A stretch of DNA of 64,000 nt from an uncultured Lachnospiraceae bacterium. Lineage in GTDB: Bacteria; Bacillota; Clostridia; Lachnospirales; Lachnospiraceae. A program made the translations under genes and the position numbers. Shown in pieces: positions 10,714 to 19,889 of this stretch. Every line of letters begins with the position of its first letter. The first letter of the stretch is position 1. A model generated the notes under the pieces. That model was not told the origin of the DNA. It worked only from the letters and a program-made list of their open reading frames with translations, and made no database searches. The stretch covers positions 4,716 through 68,715 of the forward strand of contig CAQWRG010000005.1 in the NCBI GenBank assembly GCA_948909305.1, read 5' to 3'.

Positions 10714-10749
10714 TACAAAGATAAAGAGAAAATGAACTGAGAAAGGGGG

Positions 10750-10965
10750 ATGCGTATGCCGTTATCTATGGCGCAGGAAGGGGAATGCAATATAATCCGC
10801 AAAGTAGGAGGAAAAGAGGAGACGAGGCGGTTTTTGGAAAAGCTTGGCTTTGTTGCCGGGGGTTCGGTGACGGTGGTTTCGGAAATAGGTGGGAATATAA
10901 TAGTGAATGTGAAGGATTCCAGAATTGCAATCGGAAAGGATATGGCGAATAAAATTTTGGTATAA
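10750..10965 (+). CDS. feoA: FeoA-family ferrous iron transport protein
   Basis: 71 aa in the FeoA/SH3-like family (..GECNIIRKVGG..RRFLEKLGFVAGGSVTVVSE..GGNIIVNVKDSRIAIGKDMANKILV). RBS AAAGGGGG. Alternative start at 10756. Confidence 0.85.
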   Translation: MRMPLSMAQEGECNIIRKVGGKEETRRFLEKLGFVAGGSVTVVSEIGGNIIVNVKDSRIAIGKDMANKILV

Positions 10966-10973
10966 GGAGGGGC

Positions 10974-11195
10974 ATGATGACATTACGGGAAATGGAATGT
11001 GGCAAGGCGGTAAAGGTGAAAAAGATTTCCGGCGAAGGTCCGGTGAAAAGGAGGATTATGGATATGGGAATTACGAAAGGAGTGGATATTCTTGTAAGGA
11101 AGGCTGCGCCTCTTGGGGATCCTCTGGAAGTTACTGTAAGGGGATACGAATTATCTTTGAGAAAAGTGGATGCAGAGCTGATAGAGGTGGAGTAA
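10974..11195 (+). CDS. feoA: FeoA-family ferrous iron transport protein (second copy)
   Basis: 73 aa (..MECGKAVKVKKISGEGPVKRRIMDMGITKGVDILVRKAAPLGDPLEVTVRGYELSLRKVDAELIEV). RBS GGAGGGG. Confidence 0.85.
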   Translation: MMTLREMECGKAVKVKKISGEGPVKRRIMDMGITKGVDILVRKAAPLGDPLEVTVRGYELSLRKVDAELIEVE

Positions 11196-11361
11196 ATTTT
11201 TTTTCATAGAAAGTTAGTTTTGACTAATATTTGATAGCGTAAACATACCGACACAGAGAAGAAAAAGTGGCGGACGTTTTGGGTGGCATAAGTTTTATTT
11301 GCAGCTCTGCCGCTAACCGGTGAAGCTGCTGTGTAAATTGATCAAAGAAAGGAATCAGGTT

Positions 11362-13539
11362 ATGGGTGTAAAAATAGCGTTGGCAGGAAATCCAAACTGT
11401 GGGAAAACGACATTGTTTAATGCGTTGACCGGATCGAACCAATTTGTCGGAAACTGGCCGGGAGTTACGGTAGAAAAGAAGGAGGGCAAATTAAAGGGCG
11501 CGAAAGATGTGACAATCGTGGATTTGCCGGGGATATACTCTCTTTCTCCGTATACGTTAGAAGAAGTTGTTGCAAGAAATTATCTGATTACAGAGAGGCC
11601 GGACGTCATTTTGAATATTGTAGACGGCACGAATTTGGAGCGGAATTTGTATTTGTCCACACAGATTATGGAGCTTGGCATTCCGGTTGTACTGGCAGTG
11701 AATATGATGGATTTAGTGGAAAAAAACCAAGACCAGATCCATATAGATAAACTGGGGAAGAAAATGGGCTGTGAGGCAGTGGAAATTTCTGCTTTAAAGG
11801 GAACTGGGATTGAAAAGGCGGCAAATAAAGCGGTTAGCCTGGCAAAGAAAAAAGAGAAAACGGCTAGGGTATGTCAGTTTCAAGAACAGGTGGAAAAAGC
11901 GGTTTTGTCTGTTGAAAAAAAACTTGGATCTGAAATACCGGAGGGACAGAAGCGTTTTTTCGCAATAAAACTGTTGGAGCGGGACGATAAAATTGGCGGG
12001 CAGATTAGCCGCCTTCCCGATGTGGCAAAGGAAATTGAAACGCTGATGCAGGCGTTTGACGACGATGTGGAAAGCATTATTACAAATGAGCGGTATGAAT
12101 ATATCTCCTCGGTGATCGGGGAATGCTATACGAAAAGCAGGACGCAATCCTTGACAATTTCAGATAAAATTGACAGAATTGTAACGAATAGAATTTTAGC
12201 TCTGCCGATTTTTGCGGCCATTATGTGGCTGGTGTATTATGTGTCTGTGTCGACTATCGGGTCATGGGCGACAGATTGGGTGAATGACGGCGTATTTGGC
12301 GATGGGTTTTCTCTATTTGGCATGGAAGCGGCAAGCGTTCCAAAGCTTGTGGAAGGGGCGCTTGATGCGGTAAATTGCGCGGGCTGGCTAAAAGGGCTTG
12401 TTTTAGACGGAATTGTAGGCGGCGTGGGCGCAACGCTTGGATTTACGCCGCAAATGTTTGTCTTGTTTTTCTTCCTCGCGTTTCTGGAAGGGTGTGGATA
12501 TATGGCGCGGGTTGCATTTATAATGGATCGCATCTTCCGTAAATTTGGGCTGTCGGGAAAATCTTTTATTCCTATGTTGATTGGAACAGGATGCGGCGTT
12601 CCCGGCATTCTGGCGTCAAGGACGATTGAGCAGGACAGAGACCGTAAAATGACTGTAATGACGACAACGTTCATTCCATGCGGAGCAAAGCTTCCGATTA
12701 TTGCGTTAATTGCAGGGGCGTTTTTCCATAATTCCGGCTGGGTGTCGTTTAGCGCATTTTTCGTGGGGATTGCCGCAGTCATTTGTTCCGGCGTAATACT
12801 GAAAAAAACAAAAATGTTTTCCGGCGAGCCGGCGCCATTTGTGATGGAGCTTCCGGCTTACCATATGCCGTCACTGAAAAATGTATTGCGGAGTATGTGG
12901 GATCGCGTCTATTCGTTTATCAAAAAAGCCGGAACGGTCATTTTGCTGTCCGCTGTCGCGCTTTGGTTTTTACAGGGATTTGGCTGGGTGGACGGTTCCT
13001 TTGCCATGTTAGAGGCAGACCAGCTTGAAAGCAGTATTTTGGCAGCGCTTGGCGGCTTGGCGGCGCCGCTCTTTACGCCGCTTGGCTGGGGGGATTGGAA
13101 AATGGCGGTGGCAACATTTACCGGACTGATAGCAAAAGAAAATGTAGTGATGGCTTTTGGGACGCTTTTCGGTTTTGCGGAAGTGGCGGAAGACGGAAGG
13201 GAATTTTGGCAGGCGCTTTCGGCAAGTATGCCGGCAGTGGCGGCGTACTCCTTCTTAGTGTTTAATCTGCTTTGCGCGCCTTGTTTTGCGGCAATGGGGG
13301 CGATGAAAAGAGAGATGAATAACGGGAAATGGTTCTGGTTTGCGGTATTCTATCAGACGGCATTCGCATATCTTGTGTCGTTTTGTATCTATCAAATAGG
13401 CGCAATGGTTACAACAGGGGCATTTGGCGTTGGGACAATTTTGGCAGTGGCATTGATTGCAGGGTTTTTGTATCTTTTGTTCCGTCCGTACCGAAAGAGC
13501 GGGAGTTTCGGATTGAAAATGGCTGTTAAGGCAAAATAA
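11362..13539 (+). CDS. feoB: Ferrous iron transporter FeoB (N-terminal G-domain plus polytopic membrane domain)
   Basis: G1 motif GNPNCGKTTLFNALTG and DLPGIYSL, followed by a multi-TM gate domain. Start was re-chosen at the ATG at 11362 (RBS AAAGGA). The track ORF begins at 11320. Confidence 0.9.
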   Translation: MGVKIALAGNPNCGKTTLFNALTGSNQFVGNWPGVTVEKKEGKLKGAKDVTIVDLPGIYSLSPYTLEEVVARNYLITERPDVILNIVDGTNLERNLYLSTQIMELGIPVVLAVNMMDLVEKNQDQIHIDKLGKKMGCEAVEISALKGTGIEKAANKAVSLAKKKEKTARVCQFQEQVEKAVLSVEKKLGSEIPEGQKRFFAIKLLERDDKIGGQISRLPDVAKEIETLMQAFDDDVESIITNERYEYISSVIGECYTKSRTQSLTISDKIDRIVTNRILALPIFAAIMWLVYYVSVSTIGSWATDWVNDGVFGDGFSLFGMEAASVPKLVEGALDAVNCAGWLKGLVLDGIVGGVGATLGFTPQMFVLFFFLAFLEGCGYMARVAFIMDRIFRKFGLSGKSFIPMLIGTGCGVPGILASRTIEQDRDRKMTVMTTTFIPCGAKLPIIALIAGAFFHNSGWVSFSAFFVGIAAVICSGVILKKTKMFSGEPAPFVMELPAYHMPSLKNVLRSMWDRVYSFIKKAGTVILLSAVALWFLQGFGWVDGSFAMLEADQLESSILAALGGLAAPLFTPLGWGDWKMAVATFTGLIAKENVVMAFGTLFGFAEVAEDGREFWQALSASMPAVAAYSFLVFNLLCAPCFAAMGAMKREMNNGKWFWFAVFYQTAFAYLVSFCIYQIGAMVTTGAFGVGTILAVALIAGFLYLLFRPYRKSGSFGLKMAVKAK

Positions 13540-13564
13540 TATTAAGATAGAAAGAAGGTATGGC

Positions 13565-13696
13565 ATGGGAACGTTTTTCGTGGGATGCATAGTGTTATGT
13601 TGTGTGGGAGCCGCGGTCAGGAGCGTGGTTTTAGGGAAGAAAAAAGGAAAAGGATCTTGCGGCGGAGACTGTGGGAGGTGTAAGGGCTGCCATTAG
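13565..13696 (+). CDS. FeoB-associated Cys-rich membrane protein (43 aa); absent from the ORF track because it is under 60 aa
   Basis: ATG at 13565 with GAAGG RBS. Product is MGTFFVGCIVLCCVGAAVRSVVLGKKKGKGSCGGDCGRCKGCH: one TM plus a C-terminal CxxxCxxCxxC cluster, the typical small gene that trails feoB in Firmicutes. Confidence 0.7.
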   Translation: MGTFFVGCIVLCCVGAAVRSVVLGKKKGKGSCGGDCGRCKGCH

Positions 13697-13846
13697 GCGG
13701 GGCTTTTGCATATGCGTTGCATGATTGGTTATATGGTTTCTGCCTGACAGGCGCTTATGGCTTGTCAGGAAAAAATCATATCTTAGAATTGCGTAAAATG
13801 CCGTAAAACGTTTTCCGGCATTTTTTTGTTTTGGGAGGGAAAATAG

Positions 13847-14494
13847 ATGTATGATACGATACTGTTTGACTTAGACGGAACGTTAGTGGATTCTGGCTTA
13901 GGGATTACAAATTCCGTTGCGTATTCCTTGAAACGGTTTGGGATTGAGGTGTGGGACCGGACGGAATTGTACCGTTTTATCGGGCCGCCTCTGCATGAAT
14001 CCTATGAGAATTATTATGGTTTTTCTCCAGAGAAAGCAAAAGAGGCAGTAGAGGTTTATAGAGAATATTACCGGAAAAAGGGGATTTATGAGAATAAAGT
14101 TTATGATGGGATCTTGGACTTGCTTATGCGCCTTTACCATGCGAAAAAGAAGCTGATTGTCGCAACTTCTAAGCCGGAAACGTTTGCAAAGCAGATTTTG
14201 CGGCATGTAAGGCTGGAGGAATATTTTTCGTATATTGCGGGCTCAAATCTGGACGGGAGCCGGACGAAAAAAGAGGAGGTGATTTCTTATGCGCTTGCGG
14301 CAGGCGGCGTGACGGATTTAAAAAAGGCGGTAATGGTTGGAGACAGGGAGTATGACATATTAGGGGCGAAAAAAGCCGGGATAGACGGCATTGGCGTTTT
14401 ATTTGGCTATGGGAGCAGGGAAGAGCTGTGTAAATCGGGGGCAGTTTTTACTGCGGATTGCCCAAGAGATATTTTTTCGTTTCTTATACAATAG
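13847..14494 (+). CDS. HAD-superfamily hydrolase (phosphoglycolate-phosphatase-like, subfamily IA)
   Basis: Motif I FDLDGTLVDS, motif II (V)ATSK, and motifs III/IV K...VGDREYD. Confidence 0.8.
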   Translation: MYDTILFDLDGTLVDSGLGITNSVAYSLKRFGIEVWDRTELYRFIGPPLHESYENYYGFSPEKAKEAVEVYREYYRKKGIYENKVYDGILDLLMRLYHAKKKLIVATSKPETFAKQILRHVRLEEYFSYIAGSNLDGSRTKKEEVISYALAAGGVTDLKKAVMVGDREYDILGAKKAGIDGIGVLFGYGSREELCKSGAVFTADCPRDIFSFLIQ

Positions 14495-14567
14495 AATCCT
14501 TATGAATTTACCGGTTTTTGCCGATGTAACAGGTAAAAGCGGCAGAGGCATAAGGAGGGGCAAAGAT

Positions 14568-15428
14568 ATGAGCTTATCAGTTAAGAGTGATAATAACGGC
14601 ATTTCGGCTGGTATGTCTAGCCATATGGCAGGGGTAAAGAACAGGGAAGAAACCGTGCAGAAATGGCGGAAACGGAATGAAAAGAAGAAAATGATAAAAA
14701 GGAGCCTAAACTATAATCCAAGGGAAATTGCAAACCAATTAGTTCAGGCCTCAAAGTCCAGAGTGGCGGCGGTTGTTTTAATTCGGGCGAAAGGGAAACT
14801 GGTATCTTTGCAGCAGGCGTATGTGTCGGAACAGTATGATCAGGCGGAAGTGCGCACAGCGTTAGCCCATGCAAAGCGCATGGTTGAGTGTTCCAGATTA
14901 AAGGTGCGTAATTTAAAGGAAGAAGAACAGTTAAAAACCCGCAATGACAAAGGGGAAGATGACGGGAAGATCAAGCGCAGGAGAGAAGTGCGTAAACGTG
15001 TGAAGAAAAAAGAGCAGGAATTGAAAGTGAAGCTTGCGATAGAGGAGGGGCATCGGGTTTTAAAGGAAAAACAGCGCCAGCAGGAGCTTAGGCAGAAACG
15101 CCGTTTGCACAGGAATGAGGAGCTTGGCAAAATATCGGAAGCGGACATGAAGTATATGGAAGACAAGTTGAGGGAAAGAGAAAACAGCCATTCCGTGGAC
15201 GACAATGGCGTAGTTTTGGAATTAAGCGGCGCAAGCGCGCAATTAACAGAGTTAAAGATGATGGAACAGCAAGTAGAGCAGCAGGTGGAAATGGAAGTGG
15301 AAATGAGTATGTCTGCGGCAGACTTTGGCGGATCGTCCCTGTCATCGGCAGATTTGGGAACTGCGTCCGGCGGGGGAAGTGTGGGAGTATCTGAGATGGC
15401 GGCGGCAACAGTAGACGTGTCGGTGTAA
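14568..15428 (+). CDS. Hypothetical protein, highly charged with a coiled coil (K/R/E-rich centre, Gly/Ser-rich C-terminus)
   Basis: Start was re-chosen at the ATG at 14568 behind AAGGAGGGG. The track ORF 14391..15428 begins inside the HAD gene. No recognisable domain. Confidence 0.5.
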   Translation: MSLSVKSDNNGISAGMSSHMAGVKNREETVQKWRKRNEKKKMIKRSLNYNPREIANQLVQASKSRVAAVVLIRAKGKLVSLQQAYVSEQYDQAEVRTALAHAKRMVECSRLKVRNLKEEEQLKTRNDKGEDDGKIKRRREVRKRVKKKEQELKVKLAIEEGHRVLKEKQRQQELRQKRRLHRNEELGKISEADMKYMEDKLRERENSHSVDDNGVVLELSGASAQLTELKMMEQQVEQQVEMEVEMSMSAADFGGSSLSSADLGTASGGGSVGVSEMAAATVDVSV

Positions 15429-15472
15429 AACTGTTATACTGGTATTCAAATAAAGTATATGGAGGCGTAGCG

Positions 15473-16279
15473 ATGGACATTAAGATTCAAAATGATTCAG
15501 CGTCGGCAGTTTGCCAGACGTTTGGGGCGGAATTATTATCTTATCAAACGAAAGACGGAAAAGAATATATGTGGCAGAAAGATCCGGCCTATTGGGCGAA
15601 AACTTCTCCGGTGCTGTTCCCTTATATTGGCCCGGTGTTAAGTCCGGTCCAGATTCACGGAAAAGCGTATGATATGCCGCGTCATGGTTTTGTAAAGGAT
15701 GCGGAGTTTGAAATTGCCGCGCAAGGAGAGGATTTCGTGACGCTTAAAACGGAATCTAACCCGAAAACGCTGGCGGTTTATCCGTATGAGTTTACATTTA
15801 CGGTTACATTCCGGTTAAATGGCGCGGCTCTTGACGTAATTTACGGCGTAGTGAACCGAAGCGGGGAAGAACTGCCTTTTTTGGTTGGAGGGCATCCGGC
15901 GTTCTTTTGCCCGATGGAACAGGGAGAGAAATTTACGGAATACCTGCTGCATTTTGAAGACAATGACAAAGAGGACGTGGCGTTAAATTATCCGCTGTTT
16001 GATAACGATGCAATCCTGTTTGAAGATTTTAAGGTAAGGACGGTAAAACTAATCCATCAGGAAACGAAACGCGGCATCCAGTTTGATTTTCCGGATTATC
16101 CGTCCATTGCCTTTTGGACGCCGATTGGGAAGGAGGCGCCGTTTCTTTGTCTGGAGCCATGGTGCAGTGGGACATTAGATCAGGCGCCAAATACGAACCT
16201 TTTGGAAAAAAAGTATGCGCAGACGCTTTCGGCAGGGGAATCAAAGGATTACCGCTTTACGGTTGCGCCGTGTAAATGA
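15473..16279 (+). CDS. Aldose 1-epimerase (galactose mutarotase-like) family protein
   Basis: Length and motifs (..FPYIGP..HGF..GGHPAF..LEPW) match the YihR/aldose-epimerase fold. Confidence 0.65.
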   Translation: MDIKIQNDSASAVCQTFGAELLSYQTKDGKEYMWQKDPAYWAKTSPVLFPYIGPVLSPVQIHGKAYDMPRHGFVKDAEFEIAAQGEDFVTLKTESNPKTLAVYPYEFTFTVTFRLNGAALDVIYGVVNRSGEELPFLVGGHPAFFCPMEQGEKFTEYLLHFEDNDKEDVALNYPLFDNDAILFEDFKVRTVKLIHQETKRGIQFDFPDYPSIAFWTPIGKEAPFLCLEPWCSGTLDQAPNTNLLEKKYAQTLSAGESKDYRFTVAPCK

Positions 16280-17394
16280 GGGCGGGAATGATTCGGTATA
16301 TTATGTTTGCGGCGGCGCTTTTGTGTTTGCTTTTTTGTTATTTGTTTTTCCGCATTCGAAAACTGCTTCGGTTTTATGGGGCGGATTTAGAGAAAAAATG
16401 GGTGAAAGCAGTAAATGCGCTGCTTGCAGCAGGGATTTCCGCGTCTTGTCTGGCAATTTTTTGGACAGGCGCGGTTGTCGCGCTTTATGCGGTGGGTTGT
16501 TCTGTCATATTAGATCTGATTGTATTTATGGGACGTAAGGCAGGCGGAGCGGGTTTGTGGGCCGGGAAGGGATTTTTCTATAAACTGTATCAGAGCGGGC
16601 TTTTGCCGGTATTGTTTGCGGCGGCAGTGTTTGTGTACGGCTGGCAGAATATGCGTCAAATCCGGCTGACCGTTTATCAGGCGCAGACAGAGAAAGACGT
16701 TACGCCGTACCGGATTGCGCTTTTGACGGACGTGCATTATGATTCCGTTCAAGACAGCAGTGTTTTGAAAGATAAAATTCAGGAAATAAACGAACAGAAT
16801 GTGGATATTGTGGTTCTGGGCGGGGATATTGTGGAGGAAGGCACTTCGAAGGAGAAAATGCAGGAAGCGTTTCAGCTTCTGGGCGGGATTAAAAACCGGC
16901 ATGGAGTGTATTATGTGTATGGAAACCATGACAGGCAGCCGTATACAAACCACCGGACGTATACCGATGAGGAGTTAGAGCAGGCAATACTGGCAGGCGG
17001 AATTGAGATTTTAGAGGATTCATTTGTGGAAATCGGCGGCGATTTGATTTTAGCAGGCAGGAAAGACGCGGCTTGGGGACAGACGAAACAAAGGGCGTCC
17101 GTCGGCGAGATTTTGGAAGGCGCAGACAGGGAAAAGTATGTGATTATGGCAGACCACCAGCCAGTCGATGCAGAGGAAAATGCCGCGCAGGGCGTGGACT
17201 TAGAGCTGTCAGGGCATACGCATGCCGGGCAGATTTGGCCGATGGGCGTATTGTCGGAATGGTTTGGCGCATTAAATTATGGGGAATACGAAAAAGACGG
17301 ATGTAAGGTAATCGTTTCTTCCGGCGTGGCAGGCTGGGCTTATACGATACGGACGGGAAAGCATTGTGAGTATGTAATCGTGGAATTAAGCTAG
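16276..17394 (+). CDS. Membrane-anchored calcineurin-like metallophosphoesterase
   Basis: Four N-terminal TM helices, then the phosphoesterase motifs LLTDVHYD, VLGGDIVEEG, YYVYGNHD and GHTHAGQ. Confidence 0.8.
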   Translation: MRAGMIRYIMFAAALLCLLFCYLFFRIRKLLRFYGADLEKKWVKAVNALLAAGISASCLAIFWTGAVVALYAVGCSVILDLIVFMGRKAGGAGLWAGKGFFYKLYQSGLLPVLFAAAVFVYGWQNMRQIRLTVYQAQTEKDVTPYRIALLTDVHYDSVQDSSVLKDKIQEINEQNVDIVVLGGDIVEEGTSKEKMQEAFQLLGGIKNRHGVYYVYGNHDRQPYTNHRTYTDEELEQAILAGGIEILEDSFVEIGGDLILAGRKDAAWGQTKQRASVGEILEGADREKYVIMADHQPVDAEENAAQGVDLELSGHTHAGQIWPMGVLSEWFGALNYGEYEKDGCKVIVSSGVAGWAYTIRTGKHCEYVIVELS

Positions 17395-17449
17395 GCTTTG
17401 CATTTTATGAAGCATTTTTATGTAAACATTTTATAGAAAAAAAATTATC

Positions 17450-17477
17450 TTGACAGATATGCGGGATATGATATACT
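17450..17477 (+). promoter_or_regulatory. Sigma-A promoter TTGACA-16/17-TATACT driving the cobalamin riboswitch
   Basis: TTGACA at 17450-17455 and TATACT at 17472-17477. The riboswitch begins about 20 nt downstream. Confidence 0.5.
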
Positions 17478-17494
17478 TTGAGAAACAAAAGAAA

Positions 17495-17705
17495 GAACAT
17501 TCCGGTGTCAGGACAATGTTGTCATTGGTACTGGTGAAAAGGGAAACAGGTGGAAGTCCTGTACGAACTCGTCACCGTGATTAGGGAGTGAAGGCTGATA
17601 AATCACTGGGAAACTGGGAAGATAGCCTAAGCGTGGATCTTTGAGTCGGGAGACCTGCCGGAATGTGTACAGAAACGATAGTTTCAGGCCACGAGTGATT
17701 GGTTG
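17495..17705 (+). ncRNA. Cobalamin (B12) riboswitch
   Basis: Conserved core GGGAAACAGGTGGAAGTCC (GGGAAnnnGGTGnAAnTCC), CACTGGGAAACTGGGAAGATAGCC, and the B12 box GAGTCGGGAGACCTGCCGG (AGYCMGGAGACCKGCC). Confidence 0.8.
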
Positions 17706-17711
17706 TACATG

Positions 17712-17744
17712 AAAAACCGCAGGTTCTTGCGGGATTTTTGGACG
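17712..17744 (+). terminator. Riboswitch expression-platform intrinsic terminator
   Basis: CCGCAGGttcTTGCGGG hairpin followed by ATTTTTGG. Confidence 0.6.
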
Positions 17745-17820
17745 ATTTTAAATGTGAACCCTTTGCCTGTAATTAGGAGAGGGTTTTTTTATGCAGTGTT
17801 GAGATGGGAGAAAAGCCAAG

Positions 17821-18081
17821 ATGGAGCATTCGTACCGTTTTTTTGAAAACAGGGATTGTGAATATTTTCCCTGCCATCAGGGACTTACTGAGTTGAACTG
17901 CCTGTTTTGTTACTGCCCGCTTTATGGTTTGGAACATTGTTTCGGGGAGGGGGAATTTGTGGAGCAAGACGGAAAACGGGTAAAAGACTGTTCAAACTGC
18001 GTGTTTCCGCATAAGCCAAAACATTACGATGCGTTAGTTTTGGCATTGCGCGCGCAGAATAAAAAGAGAGAAAACACATAG
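17821..18081 (+). CDS. Cysteine-rich small-domain protein (putative metal-binding), first gene under the B12 riboswitch
   Basis: 86 aa with ten cysteines arranged as CEYFPCH..CLFCYCP..HCF..DCSNC. RBS GGGAGAAAA. Confidence 0.6.
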   Translation: MEHSYRFFENRDCEYFPCHQGLTELNCLFCYCPLYGLEHCFGEGEFVEQDGKRVKDCSNCVFPHKPKHYDALVLALRAQNKKRENT

Positions 18082-18104
18082 AAATCGAAAGGGAGATAAA
18101 AATA

Positions 18105-18548
18105 GTGAATAAGAAGAATAAAACGTTTCAGAGGGTATCAGTTTTGCTGTTGTTTTCATTTTTGCTGGCAGTGGCAGGATGCGGCAAAGACACAACCCCA
18201 AAAACCGTCCCGGAGACAGAAACGGCTTCTGATTTGTCAGAAGGCGGCGTGATTGGGGAAGGCAGCAGGGAATTTGCGTTTACGGTTGTGGAAAAAGATG
18301 GGAAAGAAACGGAATTTGAGGTGCATACGGAGAAAGAAACCGTTGGGGAAGCGCTTTTGGAGCTTGGGCTGATTTCAGGGGAAGAAGGCGAATACGGGCT
18401 TTATGTGAAAACAGTGAATGGCGTAACGGCGGATTTTGACGCTGACGGCGTATACTGGGCATTTTATATCAATGACGAATATGCGCAGACCAGCGTGGAT
18501 ATGACGAAAATTGAAGATGGGGCTAGTTACTCCTTTCGGATAGAATAG
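18105..18548 (+). CDS. DUF4430-type lipoprotein (candidate extracytoplasmic cobalamin-binding protein)
   Basis: Lipoprotein signal peptide with lipobox LAVAGC. The DUF4430-like globular domain is commonly found beside ECF-type B12 transporters. Confidence 0.55.
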   Translation: MNKKNKTFQRVSVLLLFSFLLAVAGCGKDTTPKTVPETETASDLSEGGVIGEGSREFAFTVVEKDGKETEFEVHTEKETVGEALLELGLISGEEGEYGLYVKTVNGVTADFDADGVYWAFYINDEYAQTSVDMTKIEDGASYSFRIE

Positions 18549-18550
18549 CA

Positions 18551-19069
18551 TTGAAGCTTACGACGAGGGAAATTGCCGTTTTTGCAATGCTTGGCGCCGT
18601 GATGTATGTTTCAAAGATGATTATGGAACTTGCCCCAAATATTCATCTGCTTGGCGTTTTTACGGTTGCTTTTACAGTGGTGTACCGCAAAAAAGCGTTG
18701 TATCCGATCTATGCCTATGTATTGTTAAATGGATTATTTTGCGGGTTTGCCGGATGGTGGATTCCATATCTGTATGTATGGACGTTTCTTTGGGGCGTTG
18801 TCATGCTTTTGCCAAGACAGATTCCGAAACGGGTTCGGCCGTTTGCATATATGACGGTTTGCGCGATACATGGATTCTTGTTTGGAACGCTCTACGCTCC
18901 GGCGCATGCGGTTTTGTATGGGTTAAGCCTAAAGGGCATGATTGCATGGATTGTGGCGGGCCTGCCTTTTGATTTTATACATGGCGTAAGCAATTTTTTC
19001 TGTGGGATACTGGCTGTGCCGATTATATCTGTATTGCGCTATGCGGAAAGGAATGCAAATCAGGAATAA
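18551..19069 (+). CDS. ECF-transporter substrate-specific (S) component, CbrT-like (cobalamin)
   Basis: 172 aa with 5-6 TM helices, lying under a B12 riboswitch and next to DUF4430. No A/T components are in the operon, so the shared ECF module is presumably encoded elsewhere. Confidence 0.6.
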   Translation: MKLTTREIAVFAMLGAVMYVSKMIMELAPNIHLLGVFTVAFTVVYRKKALYPIYAYVLLNGLFCGFAGWWIPYLYVWTFLWGVVMLLPRQIPKRVRPFAYMTVCAIHGFLFGTLYAPAHAVLYGLSLKGMIAWIVAGLPFDFIHGVSNFFCGILAVPIISVLRYAERNANQE

Positions 19070-19176
19070 ATATTTTATGACAAAAAGCATAGAATTGATT
19101 ACATGGAAACTTAAGTGTCATTGGAAAAAGTCGATATTTATAGTATATCGACTTTTTTTGACGGTTTGGAGGAGCT

Positions 19177-19878
19177 ATGTTAAAAATCGCAGTTTGTGAC
19201 GATGACAGTTTGATACGGGAGATTGTGCGCGCGGCAGTGGAGCGGACAGTGAATGCCAAAACAGATTTCTATGAGAGCGGGGAAGATTTGCTTTCTTCTG
19301 AGACGGCCTATGACATTGTTTTTCTCGATATTTGTTTTGGGGGAGAAGGGGATACGCAAAAGCAAAATGGCATGGAGACTGCGAGAAAGTACCGGAGCCG
19401 TTCAGATGGCCTGATTATTTTTATAACGGCTTTGCGGGAATATGTATTTGAAGCCTATGACGTAGAGGCGTTTCATTATCTGACAAAACCGCTTGATGAA
19501 GAAAAATTATGCAGCGTCATCAAACGCGCGGCGGCAAAGGCAGAGGAAAAAATTGTCGTTCCGGTCTTGTCGGTGAAGGCAAATGGGAAATGCCTTCAAA
19601 TAAAGACGCCAGATATTTATTATGCTGAAAATGACGGAAGGAAAGTGGCGCTGCATACGAAAAATGGCGTTGTTTCCTACTATGAGAAAATGGAAGCGCT
19701 GCAGCAGGAATTAGGGGAGGGGTTTTACCGCTCACACAGGGGCTATCTTGTCAATTTGAATGAAATTGCAGGATATGACCGCACAAGCATTACTTTAAAA
19801 TGCGGGGATACCGTGTTCTTAGCAAAGTTAAAATACAATGATTTTGTGGCGGCATATATGGATTATTTAATGAAATAA
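19177..19878 (+). CDS. LytTR-family response regulator
   Basis: Receiver domain (MLKIAVCDDD...D53-like FLDI) and a C-terminal LytTR DNA-binding domain (..ALHTKNGVVSYYEKMEALQQELGEGFYRSHRGYLVNLNEI). Confidence 0.85.
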   Translation: MLKIAVCDDDSLIREIVRAAVERTVNAKTDFYESGEDLLSSETAYDIVFLDICFGGEGDTQKQNGMETARKYRSRSDGLIIFITALREYVFEAYDVEAFHYLTKPLDEEKLCSVIKRAAAKAEEKIVVPVLSVKANGKCLQIKTPDIYYAENDGRKVALHTKNGVVSYYEKMEALQQELGEGFYRSHRGYLVNLNEIAGYDRTSITLKCGDTVFLAKLKYNDFVAAYMDYLMK

Positions 19879-19889
19879 TTAGGACGGGA

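Noticed and set aside
10925-11209. ORF 10925..11209(+) and the minus-strand ORFs overlapping the two feoA genes.
   Set aside because: They are alternative frames of the feoA region. The FeoA frames have RBSs and family motifs, and these do not.
13697-13790. The CCTGACAGG...CTTGTCAGG hairpin after the FeoB-associated small gene.
   Set aside because: It is followed by an A-run rather than a T-run on the coding strand and is imperfect, so I could not call an intrinsic terminator.
14391-14567. The 5' extension of track ORF 14391..15428, overlapping the end of the HAD gene.
   Set aside because: An ATG at 14568 preceded by AAGGAGGGG gives a properly spaced start after the HAD stop. The extension has no support.
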